A stretch of DNA of 63,929 bases, counting the filler, from Octopus bimaculoides (taxonomy: Eukaryota), in NCBI RefSeq assembly GCF_001194135.2. It is 6 parts of 4 records of this genome, joined end to end, with 100 filler letters (N's around TTAATTAATTAA, not from the genome) between each part and the next. Parts side by side here need not be neighbours in the genome. Positions count along the whole stretch, not along the records: positions 45,232 to 55,207 come from NC_068983.1; positions 55,308 to 59,259 come from NC_068983.1; positions 59,360 to 62,356 come from NC_068995.1; positions 62,457 to 63,929 come from NC_068985.1; 2 more parts are not named here. One strand, written 5' to 3'. Below, piece after piece: positions 50,401 through 63,860 of the stretch. The position numbers and the translations under genes are program-made. The notes below the pieces were generated by a model. The model searched no databases and was not told the DNA's origin. It worked only from the letters and a program-made list of their open reading frames with translations. The first letter of the stretch is position 1; every line of letters starts with the position of its first letter.

Positions 50401-53294
50401 AACCAGAATACCTGTGCTAAATGTTATATATATCGTTTCATACTAAAATTCAATTCCTCTAACTTTTTGGACACCAAAGTGTTTAAAAACTCGCTTAACT
50501 TAAAGCATTATAATTTAAAGAAATTCTTTATTGTATTTTTTAAAAAAATCAAAACATCTTTACTGATAAATTCAAATTTACCGCATCGGCAAACAATTTA
50601 TACATATTCTTCTTCAAAAATTATACTGTCTAGTGGTTTCCGAAAAAAAAAAAAGTATTTCGATAAGACATTTTTATGTAGTTATCAAAATTAAAAATAT
50701 AAATTTCTATCTAATTTTTGCGCACACAGCAAAATTTTTACTATCATTATTTCATTAAGTCGATACTGAAAGGAATTATCGTTTCTATCATATGTAGTGC
50801 AGGGTATTTCGCAGTACCTCGTTTCATCCAACATGAGTACAGGAAAATAATGGAAATTTTAGCACTGTAAATCATTTCTCAAATGGTATAAAAACTGCAA
50901 ACGTCTCAACCACGTCTGTCTGATGTCTCATATTCTGTCAAATCTATATGTTAATGAGCTTTAGAAATGTACCTTTGAAGTATAAAACATTTACAAGATT
51001 TAAGATCCATTAACAGTTCTCAAATGATATTTGGCCGGCATGTGTACTAGAGAAGAAAAGAACTGCTTAATCAACTCCACAACGAACATTTGAACGTAAA
51101 TATACGTAACTAAATGCACTAATGTAACATCCTTATGCCATTGTGAGAAATGAATACATGCTTATCATAATTCTTTCCACTACAGGCAAAAATCTCACTG
51201 TTCTCGACCCAGAAAGAAGGATGAATGGCAAAGTCGACCACGATTTTGAAACCTTACCTCGTCGCCTTATACATGCTTAATATAATTAAAGTGAATATTG
51301 TTGCTAGCTAACATTATTAAAGAAGTAGCGAATTCCAGTGGAAATGGAACACAAAATGTTCAGTAATGAAACTGAAATAACCTTTCTTATTCTGCGAATT
51401 CAGTATTTGCATATATTGTAAATTAGATGATTTTTCTTAACAGATGTAATGTTGTAAACTGATAGTAAGCCGAGGAAAATGAATTAATATATTAGAGGTT
51501 TAATTTTCTTTATTCCATTACTCTAGAGTTGATAATAATATATCATTACGTAGAAAGACATATTGGACTTGATTCAAACGAATGAGAATGCTCGTTAACA
51601 AAGTTGGGCTTGTACCAAATGATCATAAATTGAATGATTTCTGACATTGGTGCATCGTATACATTTTGTGGGAGGAAACTCAGCCGATTAAAACGACGCC
51701 ATCACATTAACAAATCAGAGAGTATGGAAAGAAGGTTTCATTTTAGAATTATCTGAAAGTTTAAGATAAACCGACATAACTAAATACAGAAAACAGTTTC
51801 TCCAGCACCCTACATCTCTCCGTCACAGTTTTATTTTAATTTCTATAAAAGCACAGAACATATAACATGTGTGATCACAACTGCATTGAAAACACGTGCA
51901 ACAGAATGCAGGGTTAATGAAAATACTTGAAGAAATATTAGTTAGAGCTCATTACAATCTATATGCTAATCCTCCCCAGGCAATATCGCGTTTCATGCTT
52001 TCGACGACAGTAGTATCAATGATGCTGAATATATGAATGACATACGTAATCTACAATGTATGTGCCTGTGTCAAAGTGAGAAATTAATATTTGTTAATGG
52101 ATATGGTGGTCATTGAAGATCAAAGATTTAAGTTGACGGACTCAATTTCGCAAAGGAGTTTCGATTCCCAAGTAATACTATTTTATTCCCCGTACATTGA
52201 ATCTACACAAGAGCTATCTCGTTCTCCTTTCATCTTTATTATCGATGTAAATAAAGGAAAGTGGCTTCAATGTGAAGTTGAAAGTGAGTCATCAATTGAT
52301 ATCTTCAGTTTCCGTTATGTCGTTTGAATATTGATTTCTTACGATGGTACCAGGCAGCAAATTTAAAGGGGAGTATAGTAAATTGAATCTACTCAGAGCA
52401 AGCTTTATACTTATTGTATCAGGTCCGAAGGAAGAAAAATCATTGTTGGCACAGGAGAAGATTAACGTTGTAATCGACACTGAGTGGATTATAAATCAAA
52501 TCGTAGGACAATAGCAACATGATGTAAATTTTACCTGATAGATTTACTCCAATGTAAGACCACTTCACAACATATAAGTGTATTGAAGTTAAATACAGTT
52601 AGTTGGCAGAAATAATATAATACCTGACTGTAAAAAAAAATTGTTCACTTTGTTCCTTTGCTTTAGACAATACTAATTGTAGTTAATTAACTAAAATGCT
52701 TACCAAAATAAATGTGAGCTGACGGAAGTTTTGCATTCGAAACACAAGAGCTGTGTGATGGAAAGAGTGCTCTTGACTAACTATCATTTTTTAGCTCCTT
52801 GTCTTTCCTGTTTTCATTTCTCACAGACATTTACAAAATACGTAAAAAAGCGAAAGAAAGTCCCGAAGAGGATTAACCATCTTATACCTTTGAAATCATT
52901 TACTTATTTGGATAGTCAGTTTCAGCGAAATCAATTATATGTACTGATTCCGCAATCTGAAAATTCAACTTGGATCACTAAATTATCTCAACTATTATTG
53001 TTCATTTTCATTTCACTTCTATAAGGTCAGTCAAAAGTGTTCACAGTCGAGTTAATTACGTTTATTTGAAACTGATTTCAGCATAAAATATGAGGCGATC
53101 CTGATGACGCTGTATGTTAAAGAGCGTTAAAAGAAATGTTTGCCGTTTTAAATGAGAAGAAATATGTTACCTTAATACCTAGAGTTACAAGGTTTAAGAT
53201 CTCTTTGCTTTTCTCAGATGGCATTGAGTCTGCATTGACTTAACTGAATAGATATAAAAATACAAACATGCACAAAAAATTTAAAAATCGCCAT

Positions 53295-53420
53295 CACACA
53301 CAGCCACGCAGACAGAGACACACACAGCCACGCAGACAGACACACACACAGCCACGCAGATAGACACACACACAGCCACGCAGACAGACACACACACAGC
53401 CATGCAGACAGACATACACA
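53295..53420. repeat. 24-bp minisatellite (cacacacagccacgcagacagaca), about 5 copies
   Basis: Direct inspection; gives the CVCLSAWL repeat in ORF 53214-53429. Confidence 0.9.
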
Positions 53421-53511
53421 CACATACATAAAAAATACGTCCTCACGTTCGTAGTTTTCCTTTTTTTTTCGTGTTTATATTCGTTTATTTAAAATGTTTA
53501 TTCATTTGGTT

Positions 53512-53567
<56 letters not shown>

Positions 53568-53574
53568 ATATATA

Positions 53575-53872
53575 TATCATTATAAATATACAGGGATTAG
53601 CAATTGAGTTGCTTCTCCAACNNNNNNNNNNNNNNNNNNNNNNNNNNNNNNNNNNNNNNNNNNNACTACTGATTCCAAACTACAAATTTTTCTCTTGGTT
53701 TGTTTACGCTTTTCCCTCCGTTTTTTTTGTTCTATGTGTGCCATAAATATCGCCATCCGCTTTAGAGAAAAATTTGTAGTTTGGAATCAGTAGTTCTTTG
53801 ACTGCTATTTCTAAATTTTCAGTATGTTGGAGAAACAACTCAATTGCTAATCCCTGTATATTTATAATGATA
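53575..53872. mobile_element. Foldback/MITE with long terminal inverted repeats
   Basis: tatcattataaatatacagggattagcaattgagttg.ttctccaac and ctactgattccaaactacaaatttttctct both recur as reverse complements at 53764-53872. Confidence 0.8.
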
Positions 53873-53996
53873 AATAGTTTTACCGATAAAGGTTTTTTTC
53901 ATACTGAACTACTTGGCAAAATTGTTAATTATTAATTATATTATTAATTGACGATTCTCTGCCCTTATTCTTGTATATATATATATATATAGTTTG

Positions 53997-54186
53997 GAAC
54001 AAGGCCAGCCATTTCGCGGGATGGGGGATGTCGATTACATCCACCCCAATGCCCAAATGGTATTGAATTTATCGACCCAGAAAGGATGAATGGCAAAGTT
54101 AACTGCCTCGGAATTTGAACTCAAGACGGATGACACACCGGTAATTACTTTGCTCGGCATGCTAACAATCCTGCCAGATCACCAAC
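53997..54186 (-). mobile_element. SINE family A copy
   Basis: gacccagaaaggatgaatggcaaagtt..cctcggaatttgaactc. Confidence 0.7.
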
Positions 54187-55164
54187 TTATTTACATATAT
54201 ATACGTACATACGTACATACGTATATACAAATGTCGGTGTGTATTGCGTACCATCACTTGATAAATGAAAAACTGTATAAACAAACGACTTAATGTATAC
54301 TGAATGTAAAAGATGAACGGAAGACAAACAGAGGGTCCGTGAATCTTCATCAGTTATCGACCAATTGGTAATATTCAGTTCCGCACCTTTAACGATGACT
54401 GAACGTTTCCCAATTGGCAGTGCTCGCAAAAAATAGCTTTCTTTGGAGAATTGGAGAAAAGAGTAAACGAAACAAAACAAAACAAGGACAAGGACACAGA
54501 GTGTGATCTAGGATGCCGGACAAGGACAAAGTCGAACAAGAGGAGCCAAAGAGACGGGAATAGGTTTTTGTATACTAGTGTAGCTCTCTCTTTTGCCTTC
54601 ATTCTTTCTCTTACCCTCTCACTTCTATAGTAACCTTTCCACTTCTTTTTTCTCTCTCGCTTGTATTCTTAGCCTTTCTCCTTCCTCTTCATCCCTTTCG
54701 TTTTTCTTTTCTCTGTCGCTCCATCTCCTGGCCGTCTGTCTCCATGGTCTTCTGCTGTCACGTGACCTGCAGAAGTTCCCCTTTTTCTCCTTTGTTAGAC
54801 TGGTCTTGTAGCTGATCAATCGTAAATTCTCTGTCTCTCCGTTCTCCATCCTTCAAGACATTTTCTAAGCGTTACCCCACTATTCTCGTCTCCTTGGCAC
54901 CAAGGCCATATTTTGTTCGATTGTTCATCCTCGCCCACCGTCATAATTCACACTCTGTGTCGTTTTCCTTGTTTTATTTTGTTTTGTTTGCTCTTTTCCT
55001 TAATCCGTACATCACCAATTGGGAAGCATTTAGTTTTATCTTTGAAGATTCTAAAAATCCCTTTTGCCGAACCACTATGTTACGGGGACGTAAACACACA
55101 CACATAGGTCGTCAATTGATGGTAGGAGGACAGACAAAGACACACAAACATGTGTACACACACA

Positions 55165-55207
<43 letters not shown>

Positions 55208-55319
55208 NNNNNNNNNNNNNNNNNNNNNNNNNNNNNNNNNNNNNNNNNNNNTTAATTAATTAANNNNNNNNNNNNNNNNNNNNNNNNNNNNNNNNNNNNN
55301 NNNNNNNACGTGTGTTCGT

Positions 55320-55689
55320 TTTCCCTAACCCTAACCCTAATTGACTTGCTCCTTCCCTCAAAAACCATGCCTTGTGCCTATAATAGAAAGGTTTATTAGC
55401 TACTGCCAATATACTTCAGCCATTTTTTTACAAGGAAATAATAATTTTATCACCGCCGCGAATCGTATGTTTACGTAGTCAGCACTTAATTTTTACGGCT
55501 GAATGGACGTCAGTCATTGGTTGAAATTACAGAAATACGACAACTTTAACATGAAATAACTTGCGATGTACGTTTTTTTGTTAAGAAGACTAAGAGAAAA
55601 AGATGTTTTATATGACACATTCTACCAGTGTCCCAAGTTTCAAAGTGTTTCGTTAAGAAAATACTGGTGCCCCCGTTTTGAACAAGATC
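55320..55689. mobile_element. Partial copy of the telomeric-repeat-bearing foldback element
   Basis: (ccctaa)3 at 55323-55340. 55497-55689 is nearly identical to 58141-58333. Confidence 0.75.
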
Positions 55690-57324
55690 CCGGCATACTA
55701 ACTATTCTATCAAAACAATAAGAATAATAATGGTTTCAAATTCTGGCACAAGGCCAGCAGTTTTAGGGGAGAGAACAAGTCGATTACCTCGACTCCAGTG
55801 ATCAACTGGTACTTATTTTATCGGCCTTGGGCGAAGATAAAGAATACGCACACCCGGCGGTTAGGGGTTAGGGTTTAGGGTTTTTGTTACGCCGAAAACC
55901 GGGGGGGGGGGATGTATTCTTTACCTCCGCCTGAAATCTAAACTCAGAATGTAAAGATGGACGAAATGTTGCTAAGCATTTTGTCCGGCGTGTTAACGAT
56001 CCTGCCAGAACAAGAAGAATAACAATAATTAATGTTTAAGATTTGTTCACGAACACCCAGTAAATAGTTGAGTCTACAATAATAGCGAGAAAGAATGAGA
56101 GATAATGAGAGAAAGAGAGTTAGTGAATTAGTAAGAGAGACAAATGAATGAGAGAGGTAACGAAGAAGAAAGTTAATGAATGAGAGAGGTGATTGGTGAG
56201 AGAAAGTTAATTAGCGACAGAGAGTAAGAGGAAGAATGGGAGAATTGGTGAATGAATGAAAGTGTCTGAGTAAGTGAGGGTGAGAAATAGTGAGAAACAG
56301 AGAGAGATAATGAATGTGGCAAAGAGAGAGAGTTAATGAATGTGGGTAAGTTCGAGGGAGAAAAAGTTTGTGTGGGCGGGGAAGTGCAAAAGTGAGAGTT
56401 AATGTGTGTGTGAGAGAGAGAGATAGTTGAGAGAGCTGGTGAGTTATTGCTCGCCGTTAACAAAATTTCGTCTATTAATTCACTAATATAATTATTCTTA
56501 AAAAGCTCATTAACATAGATTCGTGAATCACATTAATTACTGAGATGCTTCGTTTTCCCTCCCACCCTCAAAAAAAAAACAGAGAAAGATTGATGACGGA
56601 AGTTAATTTAACATGAAAGAATAATACCCAACATGGTCACGTTATTTTATTAAGAACTGACGAAGCAGCGAGAAATAACAGTTACATTTCGTTCAAATTA
56701 CAATTTACCGTCACAGAAAAGGGAAGATATACTGGCTTGATGATTCAGTCTTAGAATTGCTGTCTGGGGAGAAAAATAAATTGGTGATATCTACAATCCG
56801 GACCAGGACAGACCTGGGTTAAACAATCATAATACCCCTTAGTAACGGTTGTCTTGGGTAGAAAGGGATCGGAACACGGCAAACAAACACACACACAACT
56901 GTTAAAGTTATTGAATGTGTACGCAAACAGCAATCTCCGGTGCAAAAACGGAAGGCTTCACGCAGAAACGTCGCGCTGGAATGCTTGAATATCTCGTTAA
57001 AATAATATACTATAAGAATGTAATTAAGTCAGTTTAGGCTTTCGTAACCGCAGGATTCTTCATTGGCTCATTTAATTTACTATTGACTGGACGTGTGAAA
57101 GGCCCTAATGTCTACAAAATTTTTTGAACGTTATGAAATATTTCCTAAAACGTCTTGTGAAATATTTCACAAAACGGTAATTAACTTAGTTCAATTAATA
57201 GGCATAACTACACAAGTGTACCCCATCCCGACTTGTTTCAACGTAACGTTTAGAATAAATGGGTATTTGGTGAATGAAATTTTCAACAAATACCTTTCAG
57301 ATGGTGTATATTACGATTATATTT

Positions 57325-57492
57325 GGTAATTTTTCAGATTAACACCTGCACGATTTTCACTAGGGTGTTAGGGTTAGGATTAGGGTTAGTATTAGGGTTA
57401 CGGTTTTAGGGTCAGGGTTAGTATTAGAATTAGGTTTAGGGTTTTAGGGTTACGGTTATGTAATCGTGCGGGTGTTAATCTGAAAAATTACC
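57325..57492. mobile_element. Short MITE: 31-bp TIRs enclosing degenerate TTAGGG repeats
   Basis: ggtaatttttcagattaacacctgcacgatt against aatcgtgcgggtgttaatctgaaaaattacc (1 mismatch). Confidence 0.85.
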
Positions 57493-57570
57493 TTATATTT
57501 TATCGGAGCTTAATGTGAAAAAACAGAGGGTGGTAGATTATTTCACGCACCTCGACTTCNNNNNNNNNNC

Positions 57571-58333
57571 GATCTTCATGGTTTGACGGGCAACATTTTT
57601 TTTATGTAGTGTTTTTGGTACCGAAACACTTTCAAACTTCGAATACTTGTATATTTTGTGTTATAGAACAGATAAAAAATGTTGTTTTCGAAGTTATTTC
57701 ACGTTAAAAATTGTCGTATTTCGGTAATTTCAACCAATCACTGACGTCTACTGAGGTGAAAAAATTACGCCGTGGAATGTAAACAACGGTGTTACGGGAT
57801 TTTTTCCCTTGAATAAAATTAGTGCCGTTGTTTGTCAACAAAAACTATCCGTTGTCAACAACAACTATCAGCGGTATATATTTCGTTTGTCACTGTTATT
57901 TATGACATCGTTCGTGCGTTTGTACTGGTTTTAGCTTTAGGGTTTTAGGGTTAGCGTTCGGGTTTTAGAGTTAGGGTTAGTTTTAGGATTATGGTTAGGG
58001 TTATGATTATTTTTGCCATAACCATAACCCTAACCCTAACCCGAACCCTAAAACCCTAACCCTAAACCCTTACTAGGGAATAATGATATAATTAAACAGG
58101 GAATAACACACTTAACACCGAACAGCACTAACTGTATTCAGCTGAATAGACGTCAGTGATTGGTTGAAATTACAGAAATACGACAATTTTAACATGAAAT
58201 AACTTGCGATGTACAATTTTTTGTTAAGAAGGTTAAGAGAAGAAGTTGTTTTATATGACACATTCTACCAGTGTCCCAAGTTTGAAAGTGTTTCGTTAAG
58301 AAAACAAGTGTTGCCCGTCAAATCACAAAGATC
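57571..58333. mobile_element. Foldback element with long imperfect TIRs and a central TTAGGG/CCCTAA hairpin
   Basis: gatc..ttgacgggcaaca / tgttgcccgtcaa..gatc, cgaaacactttcaaactt / aagtttgaaagtgtttcg and aaccaatcactgacgtcta / tagacgtcagtgattggtt are inverted pairs. ttaggg repeats face ccctaa repeats at 57936-58070. Confidence 0.85.
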
Positions 58334-58887
58334 CTCGGATTCTACACTGAAGCGTAGTTGTAGAAAATTTCATAAAAACAAATCCATATTATCAGAGGTG
58401 AACTTGTTCACATGGGTGTTTCATAAGGCTAGGACATTTTCATTTTCTTTCATTGAACAGATTCTAGAATGGAAAAGATAGAATGATGCTCAGTTTTTTG
58501 TTGTTGTTGGTTTTTTTTTTTTTTTGTCACTATAAATATAATCCATATCATGTAATTATATTAGGAAACAAATTCGAGAGATATGTGAGTTCTCCGAAAC
58601 TCCTCTCAATTTCTTTTCTCACCCTCACCCGAAACATTTTCACAGCAAATTCCGATATAATCGTAATCTACATCATCTGAAAGGTCTTTGCAGAAAATTT
58701 CATTTAAAACATTTTTCAGAAAGTTATCAGAAAATAAATTCGGAGCGAGGCACAGTTGTGTAGTTATTCCAAGTAGTAGTTACTAATGTAAAGTGATGAT
58801 TTCTTTGTAAATTAGGCGAATGTAGCACGTCGTTTTGATGTGGTCCCTTTCGTTTTGTAACGGAGGTCATTGTTTTACGTACATACT

Positions 58888-59259
58888 CTTTTATTTGTTT
58901 CAGTCATTTTTAACTGCGGCCATGCTGGAGCACCGCCTTTAGTCGAGCAAATCGACCTCAGGACTTATTCTTTGGAAGCCTAGTACTTATTCTATCGGTC
59001 TCTTTTGCCGAACCGCTAAGTTACGGTGATGTAAACACACCACCATCGGTTGTCAAGCGATGCTGGGGGGGGGGACAAACAGACACACACATATATATAT
59101 ACATATACACGACGGGCTTCTTTCAGTTTCCGTCTACCAAATCCACTCACAAGGCTTTGGTCGGTCCGAGGCTATAGTAGAAGACACTTGCCCAAGGTGC
59201 CACGCAGTGGGAATGAACCCAGAACCATATGGTTGGTAAGCAAGCTACTTACCACACAG
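58888..59259 (-). mobile_element. SINE family B copy
   Basis: Reverse complement of 18445-18835, CpGs intact. Confidence 0.88.
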
Positions 59260-60307
59260 NNNNNNNNNNNNNNNNNNNNNNNNNNNNNNNNNNNNNNNNN
59301 NNNTTAATTAATTAANNNNNNNNNNNNNNNNNNNNNNNNNNNNNNNNNNNNNNNNNNNNTATATATATATATATACATATATATACACACACACACTCAC
59401 ACACAGTCTTGAGCATGGCATTAAACTATATCGGGTATGGGGTCCTGGTACAGGAGTTCCAGGATGTTCCACCTCTTAGCCACTATTGTTCCATGGTCTG
59501 TTCTGACCCGGAGTAGTAACACCTGGTACGATCTCAGGTATGGGTTAACTGGCATGTGAACCACTAGGAGTAAACGACCCCCTTGTTCTCATTAGAACGT
59601 CTTTCTAGGAAAATGTAAACTCGTTTAGAAAAACCTGAAGTGCCGTCAGCTTCCGATTAATCTCAACTTCTGTTGTGCCACTGGTTTTCAACTGCTGTGG
59701 AACACTTCATTTGCTCCGAAGAAATTCATACACAGGAACATCTTGGATCCTTGAAATGTCTACACAGATGTATTGAGTTTAGGAATTGGTTTTACTGTCA
59801 TGAGTCTCTCCCCTCCCCCTCTTGTTTCCTCGGTAGCCATGTATCTTCTCTACAGCTGCACACATGTTTCTGCCCTCATTCTTGATCTCTCTCTCTCTCT
59901 CCTTCTTTTGCTACTACGCTCTTATAAAGAGTACAATTCTAGATTAAGTAAGCATGACTCTATGCTGAGTTTGAATGCTCAGTAGCATAGTAGGTAGTCG
60001 GTGCTATGAGTATAAGACTATGTGAAATCAACAACTGGAAGAATGAACCTTAAATATATTGCAGAAACAAAATATGGGATGGTTACTGCTACTAGTTGGC
60101 TTGGGTGCATTGCATATATAATTACATTTGTAAATGTGCGTATATGTGTGTGTGTACGTGTGTGTGTGTGTGTGTTTATGTGTGTGTGTGTGCGTGTGTG
60201 TGTCTCTGTGTGTGTATATATCTGCATATATACACATAAAAGAGAAACCATCTCATATACATACATATGCTGTATATATTTGCTTTGAAACTGTCATTAA
60301 TTTCATG

Positions 60308-60352
<45 letters not shown>

Positions 60353-60521
60353 ACACACACACACAGACACGCACATAAACGTCTACAGACACACATATGT
60401 ACATTTGCGTGGATATGTGTGTACATGCCTGTGTGTGCGTGTGTGTGTGCGTGCGTATGTGTGTATCTGTGTGTGTGTATGTATGGATGTATGTATACTG
60501 AATATTAGTGGGCATATATAC

Positions 60522-60570
<49 letters not shown>

Positions 60571-62024
60571 TATGTGTACACATAAAATTAATGGGAAAAT
60601 CCAAATCACAAAAGCCTGAATAACAATATTAAAAAAAGAAAATAACTGCAACAACAACAACAACAACAACAATATCAACAACATCTTCAACAACAACAAC
60701 NNNNNNNNNNNNNNNNNNNNNNNNNNNNNNNNNNNNNNNNNNNNNNNNNNNNNNNNNNNNNNNNNNNNNNNNNNNNNNNNNNNNNNNNNNNNNNNNNNNN
60801 NNNNNNNNNNNNNNNNNNNNNNNNNNNNNNNNNNNNNNNNNNNNNNNNNNNNNNNNNNNNNNNNNNNNNNNNNNNNNNNNNNNNNNNNNNNNNNNNNNNN
60901 NNNNNNNNNNNNNNNNNNNNNNNNNNNNNNNNNNNNNNNNNNNNNNNNNNNNNNNNNNNNNNNNNNNNNNNNNNNNNNNNNNNNNNNNNNNNNNNNNNNN
61001 NNNNNNNNNNNNNNNNNNNNNNNNNNNNNNNNNNNNNNNNNNNNNNNNNNNNNNNNNNNNNNNNNNNNNNNNNNNNNNNNNNNNNNNNNNNNNNNNNNNN
61101 NNNNNNNNNNNNNNNNNNNNNNNNNNNNNNNNNNNNNNNNNNNNNNNNNNNNNNNNNNNNNNNNNNNNNNNNNNNNNNNNNNNNNNNNNNNNNNNNNNNN
61201 NNNNNNNNNNNNNNNNNNNNNNNNNNNNNNNNNNNNNNNNNNNNNNNNNNNNNNNNNNNNNNNNNNNNNNNNNNNNNNNNNNNNNNNNNNNNNNNNNNNN
61301 NNNNNNNNNNNNNNNNNNNNNNNNNNNNNNNNNNNNNNNNNNNNNNNNNNNNNNNNNNNNNNNNNNNNNNNNNNNNNNNNNNNNNNNNNNNNNNNNNNNN
61401 NNNNNNNNNNNNNNNNNNNNNNNNNNNNNNNNNNNNNNNNNNNNNNNNNNNNNNNNNNNNNNNNNNNNNNNNNNNNNNNNNNNNNNNNNNNNNNNNNNNN
61501 NNNNNNNNNNNNNNNNNNNNNNNNNNNNNNNNNNNNNNNNNNNNNNNNNNNNNNNNNNNNNNNNTATATATATGCAGGTATATACGGGTGCGAATAGCCA
61601 TAAATATGAAAGATAGAACAAAGCAAATTCTTATATAATCTTTATCTTGCTATCTTTCAATCTGCTTATCTTATGCACACACACACACACACACACTTTG
61701 AAAGATGAGTGAAATTAGCAAATATGATATGTGGGAATGGGTCTAATCTAAGAAGGGTCCCAATGATAGAATGTTAAAGTCATTGGTCTTGACGATCGCG
61801 GCTTTGGGGAGTTTCTTTGACTGGCCCTTAGCTACCTATCCTCCTTATATTGGGAAGTTTTGTTTAGTGAACTTTACATGATACATGTTTTGCTATCACA
61901 TGATCTGCTTTGTTTTTTTGTTTACTCAACACCCCCACCCCATCCCGAAACCATTTTTTTAGATTCTGTTCTTTGTACAGTCTTTGTCTGTCCTTTGAGT
62001 ATTTGTGGGTAAGAAAGAAATTGT

Positions 62025-62170
62025 TATATCATCATCAACATCATCATCATCATGATCATCATCATCAATATCATCATCATAATCATCATCATCAACATCA
62101 TCATCATCATCATCATCTGCAGCAGCAGCAGCAGCAACATAGTCATCATCATCATCGTCATCATCATCAT
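62025..62170. repeat. (CAT)n microsatellite
   Basis: Direct inspection. Confidence 0.95.
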
Positions 62171-62829
62171 TTTTAGCATTATTAGCTTTTCATCCTTTGA
62201 TATTGCCCATAATGTCTTGGGCCCTTGTTGCCAATAAAAGAAATCATCATCATCGTTATCATCATCACCATTGTTACCGCTTATATATATATATATATAT
62301 ATATATACCGGTATCGACATATCTATATACATATATACATATATATACATATATATNNNNNNNNNNNNNNNNNNNNNNNNNNNNNNNNNNNNNNNNNNNN
62401 TTAATTAATTAANNNNNNNNNNNNNNNNNNNNNNNNNNNNNNNNNNNNNNNNNNNNTGATGTTAGTGTGTTTGCGTCCCCGTAACTCAATGAATTACTCA
62501 AAGTATTCAGGAACGCAACTGGAATATTGGTACCAGCGGACAAAAACCTATAACCTGTCTATACATACGTACATACGTACATACATACATACATACATGT
62601 GTGTGTGTGAGTGTGTACATATGTATGTAAGGTTTATTTAACAAGCCTACGAAACATTGTGTTGCATGATGGTAATGGTGATGACGGCAGCAGCAGCAGC
62701 AGCAGTAGTAGTAGATTTGGCGATATTGGTAGTGGTGGTGGTGGTATAGCAGTGGTGTTAAGGATAATTGTTGTGATAGTGAATATTAGGAAAGACAGAG
62801 AATAGTTAGAGGATAAAAAAATCTTTTAC

Positions 62830-62970
62830 TTGTATTAGTCATTGGACTGCGGCCATGTTGGGGCAACGTCTTGAAAGGTTGGATCGAGCGAATCGACCTG
62901 GTAGTTATGTGATCAGACACTTATTGTCTAGTCGTTAAGTTACAAGGACGTAAACAAACCAACACCGGTT
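62830..62970 (-). mobile_element. SINE family B tail, diverged
   Basis: gactgcggccatgttggggca ... tcgagcgaatcgacc ... ggacgtaaacaaacc. Confidence 0.6.
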
Positions 62971-63480
62971 CTCATGCATATAGGTGCATATCTAGACATG
63001 GTCATATATACTTAAATGATAAACTTCTGGAAAGTTTTGCAAATTTTTACAGTTCCAGTGATGGATTGGATCTGTAGTCTTCGAATTAGCTTTCTCCTTT
63101 CCGGTTTTGAGAAGCCTAACTTTTCAAGAATGGTATTTGGGCGGTGTTACATATCCCAGGGCCCCAATAATTGGAGGTATGTATGTATGTATGTATGTAT
63201 GTATGTATGTATGTATGTATGTATGTGCGGGTTCGCACGTAATCATTTCATGTCTTGATACTGATTTATTATAAGGAAGTGAAGACTTCCAGAGTCATTT
63301 CTGAGTTGTCTCTCTTGCTGTACACGGTGCTGATGGCAGCTGAGAAGTTAGAAATGCATTCACCTTTCCGCCAAGAAGGGACCATGAAATGACTGTAGTT
63401 TATTTCACATCTATTACATAATGCGAGAGTTTTCTCAAAGGCAAACAGCAGTGAATATGGCCTTTCTGCAGGTTATTTAA

Positions 63481-63521
<41 letters not shown>

Positions 63522-63704
63522 ATAATAATAATAATAATAATAATAATAAGGAAATTAATAACCCCGTAATTAAATTTAGTAATATGATTGCAATTAATTA
63601 CCATAATAACCAATTTATTTTAGACCGTCATTTACATTATTTACATTCGACGGATATTTCTCCTCATCTTGTTTGTTGTTAGCCATACTACGCCATATGC
63701 CCAC

Positions 63705-63800
63705 GGGCATATGGCGTAGCGGTTAAGAGCGCAGGCTACAAACCCCAAAATTCCGAGTTTGATTCCAAACAGTGACCTGAACCAGAACAACAACAACAAC
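63705..63800 (+). mobile_element. Short tRNA-derived SINE with (CAA)n tail
   Basis: A box tggcgtagcggtt, B box-like gagtttgattcc. No cloverleaf 3' end, so not called a tRNA. Confidence 0.6.
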
Positions 63801-63802
63801 AG

Positions 63803-63860
<58 letters not shown>

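Noticed and set aside
53102-53140. CUGAUGA-CGCU...AGCG as a hammerhead
   Set aside because: Six extra bases separate stem II from GAAA and there is no valid stem III or cleavage triplet.
54310-54356. Minus-strand CUGAUGAAGA...UCUU as a hammerhead
   Set aside because: No GAAA follows the stem.
57361-58070. True telomere or chromosome end
   Set aside because: Repeats are short, degenerate, internal and enclosed by inverted repeats.
22643-62412. Recurrent TTAATTAATTAA 12-mer as a biological motif
   Set aside because: Always centred in N gaps; an artificial all-frame-stop linker. The P3H model crosses one (22643), so the link between its first two exons and the rest depends on that join.
854-62805. 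Most ORFs in the supplied track, including poly-X, IYIY, THTH, CVCV, poly-S/F/L/H frames
   Set aside because: They come from N gaps and microsatellites lacking stops; no domain or splice support.
63705-63790. tRNA gene
   Set aside because: A and B box-like motifs are present but there is no acceptor stem or cloverleaf; it runs into a (CAA)n tail like a SINE.
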